A DNA stretch of 64,000 nucleotides from a virus (IMGVR_UViG_3300050187_000003:75576-139575); one strand, 5' to 3'. Shown: positions 47,628 through 56,716, numbered from the stretch's first letter. Numbers and translations: made by a program. Notes: generated by a model not told the origin, from the sequence alone.

Positions 47628-48037
47628 AGCGGACGGCGCCCGTGCTGCTCGGAGTCGACCGAGAAGCCGAGAACAACCCGGCCTACCTGTGCGGTCGGCT
47701 CGCCTCTGTGCTGGAAGATCTGGAACTGGCCGCCACCGGTGATCGCACAGCCTGGTACCAGCTGTTCCCTCAAGCCATCGCCAACGGCGCTATCGTGCTC
47801 CGGTGGGCAGACCCGACCGGCCGAGTCACGACGTGGCTTACCAAGTTGGACGCCGTACTCGCCAGCCACTACCTAGGTGAGATCACCCGGCTCACCACGC
47901 GGATTGGCAACCCTGGAACGCTGGCCGGGGCCGGCAACGGCAACTGGGTGACGCTGGGCTACCACCACCAGCAGGCAGCATCACAGCGGACCGGTCACCG
48001 CGGGAACGTGCTGCTCCCGGGAGGAGGGGAGCGGTGA
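47624..48037 (+). CDS. stand-alone homologue of the type I-C Cas8c C-terminal domain (Cas11c small subunit)
   Basis: VDREAENNPAYLCGRLASVLE...AIAN...WLTKL...HYLGEI...IGNPGTL...LGYHHQ matches the recalled Cas8c/Cas11c signature LD..PYL.GRL..VLE...A.AN...KL...EI...P..L...IGYYHQ. Confidence 0.75.
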   Translation: MKRTAPVLLGVDREAENNPAYLCGRLASVLEDLELAATGDRTAWYQLFPQAIANGAIVLRWADPTGRVTTWLTKLDAVLASHYLGEITRLTTRIGNPGTLAGAGNGNWVTLGYHHQQAASQRTGHRGNVLLPGGGER

Positions 48038-48076
48038 CCGTTGACGGTGGTGACACCGCCCCGGAGGAGGTCGTGA

Positions 48077-48226
48077 CGGCGGTGAAGGGCGGCAACCGAG
48101 GTTGCCGCCCTTCACTGATGCGCCCCCAACCCTGAGGGTTGGGGGCGCATCCTGCTGTCCGGGGTCTGTCACGGCCACGTCAGCAGAGGGTGATCCCGCA
48201 CCCCTGCCACCACCAGCTCATCCCGG
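48077..48226 (+). repeat. 150-bp direct repeat, copy 2
   Basis: Identical to 47025-47174; interrupts an ORF start (MTVDGGD) homologous to that of 49447. Confidence 0.95.
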
Positions 48227-48255
48227 AGGAGGCGCAGGGACGGCCACCCTCATCA

Positions 48256-48291
48256 AGCACGCTTGACGGGATGTCAAGCGTGCTTTAGGCT
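48256..48291 (+). promoter_or_regulatory. promoter with the same 12-bp-arm operator as at 47187
   Basis: TTGACG-N17-TAGGCT; AGCACGCTTGAC-N5-GTCAAGCGTGCT. Confidence 0.85.
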
Positions 48292-48344
48292 ACTGGCATG
48301 TCTTCGGCAAGCCGCTCGCCGAAAACCCGTAGAAAGGGGAAAAC

Positions 48345-49007
48345 ATGAAAACGCGCTACGGACTGGTCCCAGGGTGGGGAACCTGGGAGGGAGTTCCAAA
48401 AGTCGTTGAGCTGGTCGACGGCTGGTGGTGGGGGCGGGAAACCCGCCCCGGCCAGACGGCCAAACGGGGCGTAGACCTGCCCCAAAACCAGGTCATCGAC
48501 CTGGGCGAATTCTCCTCCTGGGAGGCGGCCCAGGCCGCAGCCCAGGCCACGACCTACAGCGCCCGGCGCCGGGGCTCCGTCCTCGCAACCTGGCGCGACG
48601 GTGGCCCCCGGGTCGTGCCGGCCACCGAGCCGGCAGAGCCCGGCGACCAGCCCCTGGGCTGGCACGAATCCGTCGCCGCCGCCCGGGCCGCGGCCACCGC
48701 CGCGTTTCGGGCCAGTGTCCCCCACCTCCCACGGGACCAGGCGCAGGATGTTGTGCATGACATCCTGCGCTATGACCGGGGCAATGCGCCCCGCGGTTTG
48801 ATCGAAAACCTCGCCGGCCCACTGGGCGCCACCCCGGCCAGGGTGACGGCCGGAGAACTGCGGTGGGAGGTGAGCCTCCAACGGTGGCTCACCACCCTGC
48901 CCGACCTCCAGCAGGTGATGCTGGAGGAGCACTACAACCCCCGCGCGGGAACGTGCTGCTCCCGCGCCGTGCTGCTCAGCGCGGAGGAGGCGCAGGGATG
49001 GCTCTGA
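48345..49007 (+). CDS. hypothetical cargo protein of cassette 3
   Basis: 220 aa, AAAGGGG RBS. Confidence 0.75.
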   Translation: MKTRYGLVPGWGTWEGVPKVVELVDGWWWGRETRPGQTAKRGVDLPQNQVIDLGEFSSWEAAQAAAQATTYSARRRGSVLATWRDGGPRVVPATEPAEPGDQPLGWHESVAAARAAATAAFRASVPHLPRDQAQDVVHDILRYDRGNAPRGLIENLAGPLGATPARVTAGELRWEVSLQRWLTTLPDLQQVMLEEHYNPRAGTCCSRAVLLSAEEAQGWL

Positions 49008-49450
49008 ACCGGGAAATGGTCGGGGTGGCCCACGCCATCGCCGACGCCATCGACGCCACCGACCTCGACGACATCCCATGGTCGGTCGTCTATGTTGGGC
49101 GGGGTACCCCGTCCATGGGGGAACTCCGTCCCCATCGCCCCATCACCGCCCCCCAGCTGCGTGAGCTGCTGGCACCGGTGACGGCCGAACTGCGCGGCCT
49201 CAGCGAGGCTGAGGCCGTTGACGGGTCTCTGACGGATCGAACTCGTTTTTTCCTGCACGCCGCGCCCAAACTCCAGCACGAACCCGGCTGGGCGCTCACT
49301 GACACGCCGCTCGGAGGGCCACTCCGGGCCGCGGCCTGGTACTGGGAGGTGGCGTACGGACACCTCACCGTCGGAGACCTCGCTGAGGCTGCGAAAAACC
49401 TTGCTGAGGCCGTGGCCGAGCTGGCCACGATCGGAGGAGGGGAGCGGTGA
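48998..49450 (+). CDS. hypothetical cargo protein of cassette 3
   Basis: GGAGG RBS; ends in GGGER like 47624-48037. Confidence 0.7.
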   Translation: MALNREMVGVAHAIADAIDATDLDDIPWSVVYVGRGTPSMGELRPHRPITAPQLRELLAPVTAELRGLSEAEAVDGSLTDRTRFFLHAAPKLQHEPGWALTDTPLGGPLRAAAWYWEVAYGHLTVGDLAEAAKNLAEAVAELATIGGGER

Positions 49451-49722
49451 CCGTTGACGACGGCGACGCCGAGAAGTTCAAGGAGTTGGTCACCGCACTC
49501 AGGGCCTGGTCGGCCGGCAGGGTCGACCGGGGCATGCTGGGGCTGATCCGCGCCGCCGAGAAGCAGCGCGCCGACGCTGCGTCGGCCGCGCGGAACGCCG
49601 CGGCCCGGCGTGACATGTGGATTCGGCAGGCACTGAACATGGGTGTGTCTGCCGTCGAGCTGGCCGACGCCGCTGGGGTGCGGCCAGCGCGGATCTACCA
49701 GATCCGCGACAGGCGCCGCTAA
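49447..49722 (+). CDS. small HTH regulator in an Aca-like position
   Basis: WIRQALNMGVSAVELADAAGVRPARIYQIRD. Confidence 0.8.
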   Translation: MTVDDGDAEKFKELVTALRAWSAGRVDRGMLGLIRAAEKQRADAASAARNAAARRDMWIRQALNMGVSAVELADAAGVRPARIYQIRDRRR

Positions 49723-49863
49723 GCGCCGCCTATAGCGCCTGGCGCCGGACCCAAGGCGGGGTTGGTGCTCAACAGGCGGGGCCGCGCTTACCAGCGCTCA
49801 CGGCCGGAGCCGTACCGGCGGCACAATCCGAGACCTAGCAACCCAGCCGGTCAGGCACGGCCC

Positions 49864-50139
49864 TCAGGTGGTGAGGCTGGCCAGGGTCAGCGGGTTGACC
49901 GCGCACGCGTCATCCGGTAGCCGCTCCGCCTCGGTGGTCCAGGACGCGGGGCCGTCGACGGTCACGAGGGCGCCGCCCGGCCAGGTCGCGGGCGTCGGGT
50001 CCGTGCCTTCGGGGACAGCCACCCGGGCCAGGTCGTACTCGACGAGGGTCTCGCCGCACCATCCGCACCGCTGCCGCATGTATCGATCGCTGATGGTGAT
50101 GGCGTGGGAGGCGATGTGAGTAACGGTCACGTGCGCCAC
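49864..50139 (-). CDS. hypothetical protein at the end of the late operon
   Basis: MAHVTVTHIA...QRCGWCG. Confidence 0.55.
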   Translation of the reverse strand: MAHVTVTHIASHAITISDRYMRQRCGWCGETLVEYDLARVAVPEGTDPTPATWPGGALVTVDGPASWTTEAERLPDDACAVNPLTLASLTT

Positions 50140-50361
50140 GCTCCGCGAGTGCGGCGGACGGCGCGGGCTACCGGCGCCCAGTCCTGCGGTCGCGTGGCGA
50201 TTCGCATGGGTTCCGGTCGGAACAGGTTCAGGTCGAGCACCGGAGGCGGGGCCAGCGGCGGCATAGGTGGCAGGCATCCGGTGCACGAGCCGAGGCAGTG
50301 CGGGTAGTGCAGGCTGGTGCCGTACTGCTCGGGAGTCAGCGCGGCGGTTTCTGCATGGAGG

Positions 50362-50730
50362 TCAGGCCGTTTCTTCGTCGATGTCACGGGTCTTCACCCC
50401 GGCCCGTATCGCGGACTGCTGGACATCCGTGTCCTTCAACAGTCCGAAGTAGGCTGCGACGGCGATGCCCCAGTTTACGACGACGGCGTAGCCGACCTCG
50501 GCGGCGTTGAACGTGACCCCACTGACGGTGGCAGCCAGCCACGCCTCGGCGAACGCTTTCACCGCGGCTAGTGCGAGCAGGACCATGCCCTTCGCGGTCG
50601 TGGACCAGGACTGTTTCATCAGCAGTGCGGCGCCCAGTGGCAGGAGCACGGTGAGGATCAGCGACAGGACGCCAGCTAGGTTGGGGGCGAACAGGTAGGT
50701 GGGCAGTTCGGGAAGAATAATCGAATCCAT
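50362..50730 (-). CDS. holin
   Basis: 122 aa, three hydrophobic segments, downstream of the endolysin; AAGGAGG RBS. Confidence 0.75.
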   Translation of the reverse strand: MDSIILPELPTYLFAPNLAGVLSLILTVLLPLGAALLMKQSWSTTAKGMVLLALAAVKAFAEAWLAATVSGVTFNAAEVGYAVVVNWGIAVAAYFGLLKDTDVQQSAIRAGVKTRDIDEETA

Positions 50731-50875
50731 TGGGGAAAACCCTCCTTAGATAGTGATATGCGGGTTGATGCGTTTTTGTGTGTCTCTGCCCGGGGCCCGG
50801 CCTGACCTGACGTCGGGGTGGCTCGGATCCGCCGATTCACTGGACACCGCCGGCGGACCGGACGGGGACTTCCCG

Positions 50876-51193
50876 TTACTCGCCCGGCGGACGGCAACCG
50901 AACTTGACCCGCATCTGCGCCATCGCGTCCGCCGCCGCACGCCCCGCGGGGGTTTGCGGCGGAACCGCCCGGTAGGCGTCATCCAACCCGACGATCAACC
51001 CGCACCAGCGCAGCTCGGATTCGTGCACCGCCTGCCGGGCCACCTCCTCGGCGCGCTGCGCCCGCCGCTCCGCCGTCACCGACACCACCGCGAACGCCAC
51101 CGCGGTGGCGACCAGCGACACCGCCACCACCGACGCCGCGTACACCAGCCTCGGCGGCACCCTGACCTTCACATTCCCGTGCTGTGTGGTCAT
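50876..51193 (-). CDS. lysis-cassette membrane protein
   Basis: One TM segment, a coiled coil, and WC...C. Confidence 0.65.
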   Translation of the reverse strand: MTTQHGNVKVRVPPRLVYAASVVAVSLVATAVAFAVVSVTAERRAQRAEEVARQAVHESELRWCGLIVGLDDAYRAVPPQTPAGRAAADAMAQMRVKFGCRPPGE

Positions 51194-51477
51194 CGGTCAC
51201 CGGCCGCCGACGTAGGTGGCGGCCCAGTAGACGGCACCGGCTGCGAAGGCGGCTCCGGAGACTGCGACGGCAGCCCGGTTGTAGACACGCCGCGCATCAT
51301 CGACCACAGTCCGCCGACCGCCGGGCCTCCCAGCAGCATCACGTACACCCCCAGCAGGAGTTCCGACACCTGGCCGGTCCACTGCTGGTAGGCGATGCCG
51401 CCGGCTCCGATCGCCAGCATCACCGAATCCCGGACGACCGGAGGCAGCTGCCGCTGGGGTGGTTGGACGAGTTCCAC
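51190..51477 (-). CDS. lysis-cassette membrane protein
   Basis: Two TM segments. Confidence 0.6.
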   Translation of the reverse strand: MELVQPPQRQLPPVVRDSVMLAIGAGGIAYQQWTGQVSELLLGVYVMLLGGPAVGGLWSMMRGVSTTGLPSQSPEPPSQPVPSTGPPPTSAAGDR

Positions 51478-51485
51478 GCACCGGC

Positions 51486-52373
51486 TCAGCTCTCCGCCGG
51501 GATACGCGACACCAACGCGGCGGCCAAGTCTGCGACGCGGTCGCCGAACACAGCGGCGAGGGCGGCGGCCACGTCGGCAACGTCCCGTCCGGACAGCCCA
51601 GCCAGAACCCCGGAGATGATCGCATCCTCGTCCACCCAGTCGTGACCGGCCATCGCGCGTAGTTCGGCGAGGATGACGGCGTGTCCCACCAGGAGTTGCC
51701 GGGCGGCCTCGGCTCCATCACGGCTGTGGCTGTACAGCGTTTTTCCGGTTGCGGCTGGCCAGCGGAAGTCGTTGACGGCGTGCGCAATCTCGGCGAGGGT
51801 CATGCCGGTCTCCTTCGGATGCTCAGAGGGCTTGGGCAGCGCGGTGTTGACTGTCTGAAACAGGTGGTCCCATGGAAAGTTCGGACCCGGGTCGGTGTGG
51901 GTTGTTCCCCCCCACGCCAGGCGCATGTCGTCGTGTCCGTAGAATGCTTTGACTTTAGGGTTCGCCCGCATTTCTGTGACTGATGCCCGGTGTGTTTTGA
52001 AGGATCCGTCGGGCCAGTGGTGGCGAATGATGGCTGCCAGTGCGGCGCCAAGCTTTTCCCAGGCCACCGACTGTAGCCACCGGTCCCGGGACCAGCCGTT
52101 CGCGCCGGTGATCTCCACCGATATGGCGTGGTCGTTGCCCTGCTGGCTGCCGGCGTGTCCGGCACGGGCGTCGGTGTCCAGCGACTGGGTGACAGAATCG
52201 TGGTCGACGTATAGGTGGGATGATATGCCGTCGGAGCGGCGGGTGGCGTACGACGCCTCCTGCGCGTCGGAAGCGTCGTTGCTGGTGTTGTGGATAGCGA
52301 TGCCGTATTTACGTCCGTCGCCGTCCTTGTAACTGTTGCGTCCCTGTACGTAGGGGATTCCTGGTACACGCAT
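51486..52373 (-). CDS. endolysin, N-acetylmuramoyl-L-alanine amidase (Amidase_2)
   Basis: IAIHNT, SSHLYVD, AGHAG, ISVEI, HTDPG. Confidence 0.9.
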   Translation of the reverse strand: MRVPGIPYVQGRNSYKDGDGRKYGIAIHNTSNDASDAQEASYATRRSDGISSHLYVDHDSVTQSLDTDARAGHAGSQQGNDHAISVEITGANGWSRDRWLQSVAWEKLGAALAAIIRHHWPDGSFKTHRASVTEMRANPKVKAFYGHDDMRLAWGGTTHTDPGPNFPWDHLFQTVNTALPKPSEHPKETGMTLAEIAHAVNDFRWPAATGKTLYSHSRDGAEAARQLLVGHAVILAELRAMAGHDWVDEDAIISGVLAGLSGRDVADVAAALAAVFGDRVADLAAALVSRIPAES

Positions 52374-52410
52374 CAGCGTCTCCTAACGGCTGGTGGAGCA
52401 CTGCCGCATT

Positions 52411-53106
52411 TCAGTACGGCAGTGCGATCAGGACACGATTCTGAACTGACGCCTCACCGCCGTTGACCCGGTAGCGTGCGCTCAGTGTGTAGTTGCCGGC
52501 CTCTGGCAGTTCCAAAGGTCCGCCGGGCCCCAGCAGGGTCGCCACCGTGCTGACCGCGCCGGACGCCTCCGCCCCTGTCCAGGTCGCCGCGGCCGCGTCA
52601 CCCGGCGTCGCCGAGAAGCCACCAGGGCCGTCGACCTGGAATCCCATGTAGGCGGTGGCGGTGGGAAACCCGCCGTCGTCGGTGATCGTGAGCCGCGCCG
52701 ACACCCACACCAGCATGCGGGTCGACGACCCCACCCGCACCGTCACATCAGGTCCCAACGCGTCTGCCGGCGGCGCGTAGCTTGTTGACGTGACGGTGGT
52801 CGCCCCGCCCTCACGGCCGGCGCGCACCCCGAACGCCAGCGTTGCCAGCGACACCAGCTGACCTGTGGTCGGGTCGATGGACGCCACCCCGTGGGTGCCG
52901 TCCGGTAGCACCCCGACCTGCGCCACCGGCCTGTCCAGGCTGTCCAGGGTGCGGAGACTGCCGCCCCGGATCACCACCCCGCCGGCTCCGATCGTGGCTG
53001 CTTCCAGCCGTCGCCCGGCGGTCAACTCCCGCATCTGCCGTTCCAACTCGCGGAGCCTGCGGATCACATCACCCTGGTTCAGTGCGGCATCACCGACAGC
53101 TGACAT
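52411..53106 (-). CDS. minor tail protein
   Basis: DVIRRLRELERQMREL coiled coil followed by a beta-rich domain; between the tail hub and lysis genes. Confidence 0.75.
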   Translation of the reverse strand: MSAVGDAALNQGDVIRRLRELERQMRELTAGRRLEAATIGAGGVVIRGGSLRTLDSLDRPVAQVGVLPDGTHGVASIDPTTGQLVSLATLAFGVRAGREGGATTVTSTSYAPPADALGPDVTVRVGSSTRMLVWVSARLTITDDGGFPTATAYMGFQVDGPGGFSATPGDAAAATWTGAEASGAVSTVATLLGPGGPLELPEAGNYTLSARYRVNGGEASVQNRVLIALPY

Positions 53107-55589
53107 CAGACGTCGCCTCCCGGCTCCCACAGCACGGGCTCTATGAGTCCCTCTTGGATGTTCAGGTTCCAGCCGATGACCCGGCCTTGGCCGATCAGCC
53201 CGGCCGGATGCCGGTGTCCGTGCAACTCCCACGCCACGTCATCACCCAACCCCCAGTTGACGTTGATGTTGGGGTAGGCGTCCCACCGCGCCCTAATCTG
53301 CAGCGTGTTCGTGCCGTCCCGGCGCAGGGCCAGTTCGGCGGCGGCGTGCCCGTCGAGGACCGTCTGGTCGGTGATCGACGGCCCTGGGGACCAGCGGTGT
53401 TCGAAACGTGCCTGCCCGGCGGGCACGTTCTGCGCCGGCGTTGACTGCGGTCTTGACTCGCCCTCCCCAGACGATGTGGCGACGATCCAGTTCGCGCCGC
53501 GACCATCCGAGTAGTCCTCCGTGTACTCGTAGTCCGCGTCGGCGGATCCGACGCTGGAGAACACCGACGGTGCGGTTGTCTGAAAGATTGTTCCGGGGGT
53601 GGGGCTCGCCGACCCGATCCGCGACCGAACGCGGATGATTTTCGCGATGGCGGTTTGGGTTGGGTCCGCCCAGTCGACGTCAACGGTCCACTCCGGTCCG
53701 CCGTCCACCGCCATCAACTCCCGCAGCCGCGAATACACGGTGGTGTCGTCCTGGTCCCGGTACTCCCGGTCGGCCAGCACCCCCATCGGCGGGGCGTCCA
53801 CGACCAGTCCGATGCCCTGCACGTTGGCGTCGCCGATCAGCCCGGCCGCGATCACCGACGCCATGTCACGGCCGGTCCAGGTGTGGTCGCCGACGTAGCG
53901 GCGGTCAAGGTAGCCTTCCAAGCTGAGGCAGGACAGGCGCAGTTCGGCGCTGGTGCCGCCGGCGCGGCGCAGCACAACCCCGGCCCACGACGGCACATCG
54001 TTGACAACGGTGACTATCATTGTCGTTTTGGGTGCGGTGGCCTCTTCGATCACCGTGATGGGCTGGGCGCCCGGGCCGCCGAGCGGAATTGGCAGGGTCA
54101 GCGCCGTTGACGTGTAGGCGCCCAAAACCCGGGAGATGCTGCCCCGAATCTCGGGAAGTTCGGTGATGATCCGACCGGATACCAGATCACACCCCAGCCA
54201 TGTGAGCCGGGTGCGGACCTGTGCGACCGCAACCGGTTCGGGGGCCGGGTCTGGTGGGGGGTCGGTGTCGGCGATCGCGTTCGGCACCTGAACGGCGCCG
54301 GCGAGGATCGCGTCGAGGTGCCCGAGGTCGACGGTGAGGATCCCGAGTGGCAGGTTCGTCCAGTCGCCGACCGGATCGGGTAGTTCCGTGTCCGCCGACC
54401 GGATCGGGGTGACCAGCAGCGACAGGCGGTTGGAGTCGCGCAGCGCCCGGCTGTCGAACGTCGGCTCGTAGGCGTACAGGTCGACGTTGAGGATTGCTGC
54501 GTCGCGCTGCACGGATCCGGGGGTGACCTCGCGGATCCGTAAACTACCCGGGGTGTCGACGTTGTTGCGGTAGATGATGACGACCCGGCCGGTGGAGGTG
54601 CATGCTATGCCCGGGCGGGCAATCTCACCGTTGATCACCGACACGTCGAGGGGCATGCGGTATGCCCAGTCGTCGAACACCACCGTGTTGACCCACACGG
54701 TGCCCGACCAGCGGGAGTAAAGAACCCGGGATGCGCTGCCAGCAGCGTCGTAGATGTGCGTGGCGATGTGGGGACGACCCGACAGGTCGACGTCGAGTCC
54801 GCAGGTGTTGAGGATGCCGGAGCCAGTGGGTGCGGTGGCATACACCTCGGGGGCGGTGGTGTGGTCGACCGGCAGCGTCAGAGGGGTGCCGTCCTGCGCC
54901 TGCCACGTCGCCCCACCGTCGAGGCTGACCATGTGTGACAGGTCGTTGTTCGTGGTCGCCGATCCGGACGAACGCCACACGATCGCGAGGTGGATCGAGT
55001 CGTCCGGGCCGACCCCGACATGATGGATGTAGGCGTTTTCGCCTGTGGCGGGGCCGTCGACGACCTGCAGCGGATCGGCCCAAACGCCGGCCGGGTCGTC
55101 CCACTCCTGCACCCAGATGGTGCCCAGCCCGGACACCCCAACCCGGTAAAAGATCAGCAGTCGGGTGTCGGACAGCCGCACGAACTGCGGGTAGGTGATC
55201 TCGGTTTCGCCGCCGCCGGGCCGGTTCGCCCCGGTCCACGACGTCAACGTCGCAGCCCCGACGCTGCGGCAGTAGCGCATCGGGTGGACGTGCATGTTCC
55301 CGGCGACGTGCAGACGGCCGGAACCGTCCACAGACATTGACAGGTTGTTGTGCCCGTCGTAGTCGACAGGGCTGGCCAGTGGGTTGCCCGCCACCTGTGA
55401 CAGGTCGTACGTTTCCCACCCAGATCCGCCGACGACGCGGCGGCCGACGATCGGCTTACGCGCACTGTCCCACCAGGTCGCGTACTGGTAGCCGCCCGAC
55501 TCCACAACGTTGTCCTGGATGAACGGCGCCCCGTTGTACTGCCATGTGTTGTCCGCGGTGCCGGGCAGTTGGCTGAGGCTGATCGCCAT
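53106..55589 (-). CDS. minor tail protein: N-terminal BNR_4-like beta-propeller fused to a Gp37/Tal-like tail domain
   Basis: DGHNNLSMSVDGSGRLHVAGNMH, ITYPQF, YR.G.SG.G, NAY, TNNDLSHM.S.DGG.TW; the C-terminal third is a typical actinophage minor tail (VVNDVPSWAGVVL, LRELMAVDGGPEW). Confidence 0.8.
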   Translation of the reverse strand: MAISLSQLPGTADNTWQYNGAPFIQDNVVESGGYQYATWWDSARKPIVGRRVVGGSGWETYDLSQVAGNPLASPVDYDGHNNLSMSVDGSGRLHVAGNMHVHPMRYCRSVGAATLTSWTGANRPGGGETEITYPQFVRLSDTRLLIFYRVGVSGLGTIWVQEWDDPAGVWADPLQVVDGPATGENAYIHHVGVGPDDSIHLAIVWRSSGSATTNNDLSHMVSLDGGATWQAQDGTPLTLPVDHTTAPEVYATAPTGSGILNTCGLDVDLSGRPHIATHIYDAAGSASRVLYSRWSGTVWVNTVVFDDWAYRMPLDVSVINGEIARPGIACTSTGRVVIIYRNNVDTPGSLRIREVTPGSVQRDAAILNVDLYAYEPTFDSRALRDSNRLSLLVTPIRSADTELPDPVGDWTNLPLGILTVDLGHLDAILAGAVQVPNAIADTDPPPDPAPEPVAVAQVRTRLTWLGCDLVSGRIITELPEIRGSISRVLGAYTSTALTLPIPLGGPGAQPITVIEEATAPKTTMIVTVVNDVPSWAGVVLRRAGGTSAELRLSCLSLEGYLDRRYVGDHTWTGRDMASVIAAGLIGDANVQGIGLVVDAPPMGVLADREYRDQDDTTVYSRLRELMAVDGGPEWTVDVDWADPTQTAIAKIIRVRSRIGSASPTPGTIFQTTAPSVFSSVGSADADYEYTEDYSDGRGANWIVATSSGEGESRPQSTPAQNVPAGQARFEHRWSPGPSITDQTVLDGHAAAELALRRDGTNTLQIRARWDAYPNINVNWGLGDDVAWELHGHRHPAGLIGQGRVIGWNLNIQEGLIEPVLWEPGGDV

Positions 55590-56707
55590 CAGTCGCCGGA
55601 CCCCTGGTAGACCGCCCACGCCTCCGGTGACTCCGACGCCAACGACGACAGGGTGCGGGCCGCGGACGCCGTGTTGTCCTGAAACACCCGGAACTCGATG
55701 TAGTCTCCCTGGGCGAACTTCCACAGCGTGGACACCGACACCTGCGGGCCGGCTGCCGTCGTCGGATTCGAACCCCGGCCAATCCCCGTCGTCCCGTTCA
55801 GCCGCACCGACACGAACGCCCGAATGTAGTCGGTGCCGGACTGGAACACGCCGTGGAAACCAACCAGGTACAGGCCGGCCGTGGTGAACGTGATCCGGCT
55901 CGTGTTCGAACTCGTCGAATGCATCGAGTCGGTGTCCCACCGCTCCGAGTTGAACACCACCACCGTTTCCGTCGCGTCGTTGACCGACTGTGTTGTGTTG
56001 TGGTAGATCCGGCAGGTCGGCGGGTCCACCGTGCGCTGGTAGCCGCCGACCGAGGCGACTGTTTCCCACGCCGACGCCCCGTTGTGCACCTCCAACGCGT
56101 CGCCGTCTCGCCGCCACCTGGTGGACCCGTCGTACAGTCCGCCGCTCGCGGCGGCGAGGGCGGCGTCGTCGGGAACCGGGAGGATCCCACCGGCGCACAC
56201 GGCCAGCGGGGCGTCGACCGTCAACGTCGCTGATCCGCCGCCGTTCTGCGGCACGTTCAGGTAGCCGAGCCGTACCGCCCCCGCCGGGGTGGTGGGGGTG
56301 ACCGGCGAACCGGACGGGGTACCGGCGATGTACTCCGTCCGGGTCTCACGCAGCCCCGACGAGTCCTCGTCGTCGTCGTACACGCGCAGCACCACAATGT
56401 CGACACGGGGGTTGGTGCCGTCCGGGGGATCCACCTCGTGGGTTTCCGACGGATGCGCCACCGTGTACGGCCCGGACTGTGATGTCAGCCCCGGATACAC
56501 CACTCCTTGCAGGTCCTGCACCGTCACGGTCGTACCGGACAGTGCGAGCACCGGGGTGGCGGCGGGCACAACCCCGGCTCGGGCGCCGAACCGGTCCGTT
56601 TCCCCGGCTTTTGCCCATCCGGCGCCGTCTAGACGACGCAGTTCGGCCGCGGTGTAGGCGGGCACCCCGGCCACGGCGTTGATCCACTTAGGGTCGCTGG
56701 CTGCCAT
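55589..56707 (-). CDS. minor tail / baseplate protein
   Basis: PPDGTNPRVDIVVLRVYD; C-terminal beta-sandwich (FTTAGLYLV). Confidence 0.8.
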   Translation of the reverse strand: MAASDPKWINAVAGVPAYTAAELRRLDGAGWAKAGETDRFGARAGVVPAATPVLALSGTTVTVQDLQGVVYPGLTSQSGPYTVAHPSETHEVDPPDGTNPRVDIVVLRVYDDDEDSSGLRETRTEYIAGTPSGSPVTPTTPAGAVRLGYLNVPQNGGGSATLTVDAPLAVCAGGILPVPDDAALAAASGGLYDGSTRWRRDGDALEVHNGASAWETVASVGGYQRTVDPPTCRIYHNTTQSVNDATETVVVFNSERWDTDSMHSTSSNTSRITFTTAGLYLVGFHGVFQSGTDYIRAFVSVRLNGTTGIGRGSNPTTAAGPQVSVSTLWKFAQGDYIEFRVFQDNTASAARTLSSLASESPEAWAVYQGSGD

Positions 56708-56716
56708 GTTGTCCTC

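Noticed and set aside
47025-48226. CRISPR array suggested by hairpin repeats next to a cas-like gene
   Set aside because: Only two 150-bp copies about 1 kb apart, separated by genes; there is no 25-45-bp repeat/spacer periodicity.
53106-56198. 1030-aa version of the minor tail protein
   Set aside because: The first 200 or so residues overlap the 55589-56707 gene in another frame; the coupled ATG at 55589 is the plausible start.
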